A DNA stretch of 39,594 bases from Candidatus Micrarchaeaceae archaeon. Its GTDB lineage: Archaea; Micrarchaeota; Micrarchaeia; Micrarchaeales; CABMGC01. Numbering within the stretch: the first letter of the stretch is position 1; every line of letters begins with the position of its first letter. The DNA lies in contig JAVZPV010000001.1 of NCBI GenBank assembly GCA_038881385.1, positions 1 through 39,594 of the forward strand, given 5' to 3'. The position numbers and the translations under genes are program-made. The notes below the pieces were generated by a model. The model worked only from the letters and a program-made list of their open reading frames with translations, did not search any database and was not told where the DNA came from. This document shows, piece after piece, positions 34,080 through 39,594 of this stretch.

Positions 34080-35243
34080 ATGGCTGGCCAGAATAAAAGT
34101 TTGGGCGGGGTGTCTCGTGTGCCTTCTACAGAATCAAAGGAGAATATTGACAATGCAATACTGCGCGAGTTGAGCATGGATGCTAGGCAGAGCTTAGGTG
34201 AAATAGCAGACAAGGTGGCTGCTGGCAAGACTACAGTATTTAACGAGATTAACAGGCTTATTAAGGACAAGGACATAAGGTTTGTTCCTGAGATAAACCT
34301 TGAAGACTTGTGGAGGCATGAGCTGCTGTATACTACAAAATTGATGCAGAAGCGTGACCTTAGGCATTTGGACATACACCAGATAGGCTTCAGCGAGTAT
34401 GTAGGGTTTGTAAAGTTCATTGACAAAAAGCCAAGTGATGCTGAAATAATAAAAGCTGCAGGCAGTTCTTATGTGCCCCAGAATATAGCATCTTTGTACG
34501 GAACAGACGATCTCTTCATGTACCTTGTAGCCAGAGACCATGCTGATATAAACCTGTTCGTAAACTCATTCAGCAGGAACTTGCATGGATACAAGATGGT
34601 CTTGAGGATAAGGCCTATAAGAAAAAGCTTTGGCTTCTTTCCGCTTGGCAATAGGCTAATAGAGCAGTTCAAACTCCCTGAGAAGTACAAGAAGCTGTTA
34701 ATAAGGCTGAACGGAGACGCAAGAGGACAGCTCTGGGAGGGGACCGAGGAGAACAGAAACGCTGTAAATTACATATACAAAATGCTCATTGAATACGGAA
34801 TAATTAGCAGGACTACAATGTATATGAGGAACTCTGACAACAACTTCATAGGCATAATTTCTTATAGCATAGTAGACAACCAGCAGTTTCAGAAGAACAG
34901 GCACAAATGGCTCGGCCATCTGGTAAACATGGACTGCAACAGGCTTGGGAGCTATGCCTTCATGGCTGATTTATATGAGCCTTATGGCGGCCTTATAATA
35001 GCGAATGCGAAGAATGCATCATGTTTTGAGGGCATAAAAAGGTCATTGGAAAGCCTTAAGCTTGGGATAGAGCTCGAAAGCCAAGTAATCTCGCACCAGC
35101 TAATAGGCGAGATAGGAATAAGGAACTTTGACTTAAAGTATTCGGACCAATATGGCATACTTGCAATGGACGGCATTGTCCCCAAATTGGAAAGCTCACA
35201 ATACAGAACCAGAAAGACATGGAATAGTTATATAGAGCTTTGA
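34080..35243 (+). CDS. Lrp/AsnC-type transcriptional regulator, apparent tandem (HTH+RAM)x2 fusion
   Basis: The first half has NIDNAILRELSMDARQSLGEIADKVAAGKTTVFNEINRLIKDKDI (AsnC HTH) and FVKF...LYGTDDLFMYLVARDHADINLFVNSF (RAM-like). The second half repeats a degenerate version (YKKLLIRLNGDARG...IISYSIV...YAFMADLYEPYGGLIIANAKN). GGAGAG precedes the ATG. Confidence 0.5.
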   Translation: MAGQNKSLGGVSRVPSTESKENIDNAILRELSMDARQSLGEIADKVAAGKTTVFNEINRLIKDKDIRFVPEINLEDLWRHELLYTTKLMQKRDLRHLDIHQIGFSEYVGFVKFIDKKPSDAEIIKAAGSSYVPQNIASLYGTDDLFMYLVARDHADINLFVNSFSRNLHGYKMVLRIRPIRKSFGFFPLGNRLIEQFKLPEKYKKLLIRLNGDARGQLWEGTEENRNAVNYIYKMLIEYGIISRTTMYMRNSDNNFIGIISYSIVDNQQFQKNRHKWLGHLVNMDCNRLGSYAFMADLYEPYGGLIIANAKNASCFEGIKRSLESLKLGIELESQVISHQLIGEIGIRNFDLKYSDQYGILAMDGIVPKLESSQYRTRKTWNSYIEL

Positions 35244-36211
35244 TTGGCTGTTTGGCCGGCTTTGGTAGGAGAGGCCTTATCATGCTTTGCCTTTGGCAGC
35301 TCTAGCATCTCTTCCCTCATTCTTATGACCTCTATAAGCTCGTTTGCGCTGAGAAGCGGCTTCCTTGTCCTTTCTAAATCGTCTATGGCTATGCGTGGGC
35401 AGGCTGTATTTACAAACGCATCGAATTCAAGCATATTGTCCAATGACTCAAAGTCAAACGTGTTTGCAACAAGAATGCCTGCGGCCATGCCTGACTTTTC
35501 AATCCTCGCTTTCAGAATCCTTGCAAGGGCCATGTTTGACTGCCCATTTTTCGTAGTGAGCAATATTCCTATCTTCTTTGAATCTAGCGCACGCAGGATC
35601 TTTGCCCTTCTCTTTTTTGCGTAAAGATCCCTGTATCCGTCAAACCTTTCTATGGTTCCTTTGAATGGCTCTATTACAAAGAATGGTTTCTTTGTAGCCA
35701 AAACAGCGCCTAGTGGATGGAATATGCCGCCGCCAAAATACAGCAGCGCGTCTGCCTTCTGGTCCAGAGTCGCAGCGCTGCCTATGTCGCAGCCCAGAAT
35801 CTGCCCAGGCTCTTTCGCAAAGCCGTATGGCTTTCCTATAAGGACAGTGTGGCCCCTTGATTCGTAGAACTTCTTTATCTCATTGAGCTGGTGTATATGC
35901 TGTATAGTTGTAACGATTCCTATAATCTTGTATTCTTTTAACACTTCGAGTGATTCAGGAAGCAGGTGCAGTGGTGCGTCTATCTGGTAGCTTACATACT
36001 CCACATTGAAATTTACGTGGCGGAACTCTGCATGGCCGTAATGTATCAGCTTGTCTGCCTTAAGGCTTTTTGCCTCATCAATTGCGAGATCGCAGGCTCC
36101 GAAAGTAGGCGAAGCTGATATGAAAACCTCGTGGCCCTCCTTTTCAAGGCTCGTGGCGTACTCTAAGGCCTTTTGCTTCAGCCCTTCTGGGAATTGCAAT
36201 AATATGCGCAT
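35228..36211 (-). CDS. dph2: diphthamide biosynthesis enzyme Dph2 (2-(3-amino-3-carboxypropyl)histidine synthase)
   Basis: MRILLQFPEGLKQKALEYA...PTFGACDLAIDEA...LIHYGHA...GCDIGSA...NTACPRIAIDD, with conserved Cys positions present. Overlaps the convergent gene by 16 nt. Confidence 0.85.
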   Translation of the reverse strand: MRILLQFPEGLKQKALEYATSLEKEGHEVFISASPTFGACDLAIDEAKSLKADKLIHYGHAEFRHVNFNVEYVSYQIDAPLHLLPESLEVLKEYKIIGIVTTIQHIHQLNEIKKFYESRGHTVLIGKPYGFAKEPGQILGCDIGSAATLDQKADALLYFGGGIFHPLGAVLATKKPFFVIEPFKGTIERFDGYRDLYAKKRRAKILRALDSKKIGILLTTKNGQSNMALARILKARIEKSGMAAGILVANTFDFESLDNMLEFDAFVNTACPRIAIDDLERTRKPLLSANELIEVIRMREEMLELPKAKHDKASPTKAGQTANQSSI

Positions 36212-36366
36212 AAAAGGTCACACAAAATTAGCTGATTAGAATGATGCATTAAAGATATTTGCAAAGCAGGTATATAAGGTTTTATTCGGGGGCCATAAAT
36301 TTTGACTGGATGCAGAATGCAAGGTAGCATAGTTAATCTGGCAATCTGGCTGTACATTAGCTTTGC

Positions 36367-37020
36367 CTAGACGCCGTGGAACCAGAAACCCTTTTCCTGC
36401 TTGTTTGCCTTTTTCTTTTTGCTTCCGAACACTTTTCCGAGGAATGACTTTTTTGATCCTGCGGTCTCGATGGCGCCAAGGCCCATCTCAGGATGCTCAG
36501 CTGAATAAGCATTCTGCCACTCGTGGAACTTTTCAAGTTTTTTCGTTTCTGACTTTCTAACATTTTCCTCATACTTGGCCTTGATCTTTTTCCACTGTTC
36601 CATTGTATATGTATAGGGCGGATGCTCCCTTATCGAAGGCGGGTCGAATTGGTATGCATACATGTTTTTGTAATAATCAAAATCAGAGACGGCAATGCTG
36701 TTTTGGTCTACATGCACGCCTTCGCCTGCAAGGAAATCTATTATGCCCTCAAGGCTTATTTTCTCCTTAATATTCTTAGCTTCGGTAGGGTTATAAACTA
36801 TGGTTATCTTAAGCTTAGAGAACTCAACCTTTGCCTTTAGTATGGCGTCGTTAAGCAAAAGCCGGTACTGCAGCCGGGCAGCATGCTCTATATCTATCAG
36901 CTCCTCCCTTTTCAAGTTTGAGAACTCAACCTGCTTTACAATCGAATATGGGACACGGTATGCCTTGCCGTTCTCTATTACTTTGTCGCTGTAATTAGAT
37001 TCGCCGAGTTCCTCTTGCAT
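36367..37020 (-). CDS. hypothetical protein downstream of the radical SAM gene (possible ferredoxin-like/HMA-like domain without CxxC, basic C-terminal tail)
   Basis: ORF 36367..37074 (TTG), with the first ATG at 37020 (MQEELGES). KAKVEFSKLKITIVYNPTEAKNIKEKISLEGIIDFLAGEGVHVD resembles an HMA-type beta-alpha-beta-beta-alpha-beta unit lacking metal-binding Cys. The tail is GSKKSFLGKVFGSKKKKANKQEKGFWFHGV. Confidence 0.4.
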   Translation of the reverse strand: MQEELGESNYSDKVIENGKAYRVPYSIVKQVEFSNLKREELIDIEHAARLQYRLLLNDAILKAKVEFSKLKITIVYNPTEAKNIKEKISLEGIIDFLAGEGVHVDQNSIAVSDFDYYKNMYAYQFDPPSIREHPPYTYTMEQWKKIKAKYEENVRKSETKKLEKFHEWQNAYSAEHPEMGLGAIETAGSKKSFLGKVFGSKKKKANKQEKGFWFHGV

Positions 37021-37090
37021 CTTGAGGTCCCGCTGATAAGCGCTTTCATGCGGACCTGTTTCTCGTCTGTCCAACTAAGACCACCGTAAA

Positions 37091-39049
37091 TCAGCAGCCG
37101 CATGCACCATGGCCGCCGCAACCGCAGGCCGCGGACTCGCCTTCAGCCTCAGATCTTCCGCAGCCGCAAGAACCTGAACCGCCGCAGGCGCATGAATCCT
37201 GCGCTCCGGCATCTGCTGCAGGCTCCTTTGCAGAAGGCTTCTGGGCTGCAGCCATTACTACCACGGGCTGGGCAGCATCAGTGCCATTTTGCAGTTTTGC
37301 CTTGAGCGCCTTTATCTTTGCGGCCTCCTCAAGGTTGGCAGGCAATTTAAAGTAGTCTGTAGCCTTAACATATGTGCGCTGGTATGCTTCTGTTGCTTCA
37401 AGCTCTTTTACATTCCTCATGTACTTGTCGCCAGAATAGGACCACTTCTCATGCATGGTTTCCCATTCCTTTGACGGAATTGCATACTGCCTCTGGATCT
37501 TGTCCCTGTACACTTCAGGGAATACGTTGAACGTGCAGAAAGGAAGGACTCTTCCGTCAGGCATCGCATAGTGAATATCGCACTTCTCCACCCTCTTTAT
37601 GTCGTATGTGTACTCATCCTGGAAATGCATCATGCCAAGGAACATCGATTTCATCTGCAGTGCGCCCATAGAGCCAAAGTCACGCCTAAGGATTATTCCC
37701 ATCAGCAGCTTTGTGAAGTTAACCGATTTAGGCTGCTTTTCCTTGTCGATAAACTTGCGTATTCCTGTTACAGCCTTCAGGGCTATGAGCTTCCTCTGTA
37801 TCGAGTTCTTGCCCTCCATCTCGTTTACTGCATTCTGCAGGTGCTCGAGCATGCCTGCAACATCGACAAACCTTGTAACAGGTATTATCTTGCCGTCTGG
37901 ATCCTGGAAGATGTATGAGCCTGCGCCGCATGCAAAGTGTATCGAAAGATCGTACTTGTAGCCTCCGCTAAGTGCCTCAAGGAACTTGTTTATGCCCCCT
38001 ACATATGGCACAGAGAACCAGTCTTCTTTGGTTATTACGCCGCCGGTCTGCTCCTCTATGAGCTTGATCGCACCAGGAATTGAGATCCTCTGCTTTTCTC
38101 TCATCTTTGAAGGCATTCTTCCTACAAGCGAGACAGGCTGGAAGTTTACTGCCCTGACTACATCGCTGTTGTTGAGCGCGAAGTTTATTATGTTGCCAAG
38201 CTCGTGGTCGTTTATTGTCCTTATAACTGTTGGTACGAGCACTATGCCTATGCCAGCTTTTCTTGCCGCATCAAAAGTCAACGGAATTTCCCAATGGTTC
38301 TTCGGATTTGCCCTCTTGCTAACTCCGTCAAATGACAGGTATAAGGTGCTGACTCCGGCATGCCTGAGCTTTATAGCCTCTTCAGGATGAAGCCCAAGGT
38401 TTATTCCTGTAGTGTTAAGCTGGATTTGGTCGAATCCTGCTTCCTTTGCATTCTTCACTATCTGCACCAGGTCTGGCCTCATTGTCGGCTCCCCGCCTGT
38501 TATCTGCAGCGCGTTTGCAGGAATTGGCTTCTGATGCCTCAATACATAAAAGATCTTGTTAAGCTCATCAACTGTAGGCTCGTATATTGCTTCGCCTTCC
38601 TTCGCATAGAAGAAGCAGTACCAGCATGACAGGTGGCACCTGTTTGTTATAACCACGTTTGCGAGTCCGGTATGCGATTTATGTCTCTCGCATATTCCAC
38701 AGTCGAACGGGCAGTTCTCTCCCTTGTTTATGAAGTTAGGATTGTCGAAGCCCCTACCATAATAATTGTAATTTTTCATTTTTACATACATTTCATAGTC
38801 TTCCCAGTACTTTTCCACAGTCCAGTTGTGTTCAGGGCAGTACTTTCTTATCATTACGTTGTCCCCGTCCTTGTAAATGGTTCCATCGATAATGAGTTTG
38901 CATTCAGGACATACTGTTTTGGTTCTCTCAAGCACAGGCATCTTCTCCATTTCTTCTACAGTCCTGTGGTATGGAGCCAAAAGCGGATCCTCCTGCTTTT
39001 GTATTACTATATTTTCCATTTTACTAAAACCCTTATCTTCTAGTACCAT
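37091..39049 (-). CDS. radical SAM protein, tetraether lipid synthase (Tes / GDGT-MAS)-like, with Cys/Gly-rich C-terminal tail
   Basis: N-terminal rubredoxin-like CPECK...CPEH, an auxiliary cluster motif NCPFDCGIC, radical SAM motif NRCHLSCWYC, then ITGGEPTMRPD. This layout is as I recall it for COG1964/MJ0619-type enzymes. The last 34 aa are SCACGGSGSCGCGRSEAEGESAACGCGGHGACGC. Confidence 0.6.
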   Translation of the reverse strand: MVLEDKGFSKMENIVIQKQEDPLLAPYHRTVEEMEKMPVLERTKTVCPECKLIIDGTIYKDGDNVMIRKYCPEHNWTVEKYWEDYEMYVKMKNYNYYGRGFDNPNFINKGENCPFDCGICERHKSHTGLANVVITNRCHLSCWYCFFYAKEGEAIYEPTVDELNKIFYVLRHQKPIPANALQITGGEPTMRPDLVQIVKNAKEAGFDQIQLNTTGINLGLHPEEAIKLRHAGVSTLYLSFDGVSKRANPKNHWEIPLTFDAARKAGIGIVLVPTVIRTINDHELGNIINFALNNSDVVRAVNFQPVSLVGRMPSKMREKQRISIPGAIKLIEEQTGGVITKEDWFSVPYVGGINKFLEALSGGYKYDLSIHFACGAGSYIFQDPDGKIIPVTRFVDVAGMLEHLQNAVNEMEGKNSIQRKLIALKAVTGIRKFIDKEKQPKSVNFTKLLMGIILRRDFGSMGALQMKSMFLGMMHFQDEYTYDIKRVEKCDIHYAMPDGRVLPFCTFNVFPEVYRDKIQRQYAIPSKEWETMHEKWSYSGDKYMRNVKELEATEAYQRTYVKATDYFKLPANLEEAAKIKALKAKLQNGTDAAQPVVVMAAAQKPSAKEPAADAGAQDSCACGGSGSCGCGRSEAEGESAACGCGGHGACGC

Positions 39050-39136
39050 TCATACACCTTAAGCATATTGGTATTATAACAGGTTCAACACTTATAAACC
39101 TTTGTTGCATTATACTGCACATTATTATATTACTAA

Positions 39137-39162
39137 AGTTAGGCGGTTGACAGTTAGGCGGT
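39137..39162. repeat. 11-bp direct repeat AGTTAGGCGGT x2 (spacer TGAC)
   Basis: Read directly at 39137-39147 and 39152-39162, about 90-110 bp upstream of the radical SAM start codon (minus strand). Confidence 0.6.
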
Positions 39163-39219
39163 ATTACTGGCTTTATTTTTGGTTTAATAAGAAGTTAGTA
39201 GCTTTGATGCGTATATGCC

Positions 39220-39231
39220 CGTCATATGACG
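39220..39231. repeat. 12-bp perfect palindrome CGTCATATGACG flanked by direct ATGCGTA copies
   Basis: Read directly. ATGCGTA occurs at 39207-39213 and 39239-39245, on either side of the palindrome. Confidence 0.6.
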
Positions 39232-39594
39232 AATATTTATGCGTAAACCATTGATTTGATGCTTTTTTGGTTTCCTGCCTTTTTCATAGTTTCCTGCTTT
39301 ACTTTTATAATTTATTAGACCTGGTTGAGACGCACTTGTTGATACGCGCACTTGTGCAGCTTCTGTTTTGCGCCATATGCAATTAAAGTATAATTAAACA
39401 CGCAAGCAGACTGGCGCCTTGAGTTGTTCAGTGCCCCTTGTTCTTCCAGCCCTGCCTGCTGCCATGCTTGCTGCCATGTTGCCCTTTTCCGGCCTGGACG
39501 TTTGCCTGCCTCGCATGCCAAGACCGTTCTGGTTTTGGCTCCCTTTTTTGCTCTGCATACATCTTAAGTGTTGAGTCTATCTGCTCCTTTAGCT

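Noticed and set aside
39137-39355. Short direct repeats considered as a possible CRISPR array
   Set aside because: Each repeat is only 9-11 bp and present in two copies with 4-10 bp spacing, and the repeat sequences differ between sets. This is not CRISPR architecture.
39428-39592. Minus-strand open frame entering from the right edge (...LKEQIDSTLKMYAEQKREPKPERSWHARQANVQAGKGQHGSKHGSRQGWKNKGH*), and the track ORF 39315..39521
   Set aside because: Only 54 codons are visible. The basic low-complexity tail coincides with the TGCTGCCATG tandem repeat and shows no recognisable motif. The 39315..39521 frame looks equally non-coding. It cannot be called without the sequence beyond the window.
1-39594. 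Search for integrases, transposases, toxin-antitoxin pairs, restriction-modification or known defence-system genes, and for flanking direct repeats next to the tRNA genes
   Set aside because: No recombinase, nuclease or methylase motifs were recognised. The genes flanking the tRNAs are housekeeping, so there is no evidence of an integrated element.

Overview
Dense archaeal chromosomal segment, moderately AT-rich and coding on both strands. Many start/stop junctions are 0-10 nt apart, and TATA-like boxes sit about 25-35 bp upstream of start codons. The archaeal assignment rests on recognisable markers: GGGP synthase, a Tes-like radical SAM enzyme, Dph2, Pelota, L21e, a TBP repeat, NreA, a PAC2 chaperone, Sec61-beta, prepilins with class III signal peptides, and intron-containing tRNAs. 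Lineage is uncertain (Thermoplasmata-like or DPANN/Micrarchaeota-like) and I cannot decide it from the sequence alone. I support about 42 protein genes, two of which are absent from the ORF track (a truncated prepilin at 1-284 and a 49-aa Sec61-beta at 28708-28857). There are four tRNA genes, and three of them are interrupted. Most content is housekeeping: translation and RNA processing, ribosome rescue, isoprenoid lipid and quinone genes, and transporters. No CRISPR array, rRNA, integrase or transposase was seen. The most unusual items are: (1) an operon of two tiny membrane proteins translationally coupled to a HerA/VirB4-like ATPase with a C-terminal beta-sandwich, an architecture recalling the crenarchaeal Ced/Ted DNA-import systems; (2) a stand-alone single-repeat (half-size) TBP gene behind a perfectly palindromic TATA element; (3) a tRNA-Leu with an insertion of about 19 nt in the D-loop, a non-canonical intron position; (4) a Tes-like radical SAM enzyme with a Cys/Gly-rich tail and an uncharacterised downstream partner; (5) a 19-bp perfect palindrome filling a 36-bp divergent promoter between a coiled-coil gene and a prepilin gene; (6) a repeat-dense non-coding region of at least about 380 bp at the right edge. 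All functional calls come from reading motifs by eye. No database search was run.
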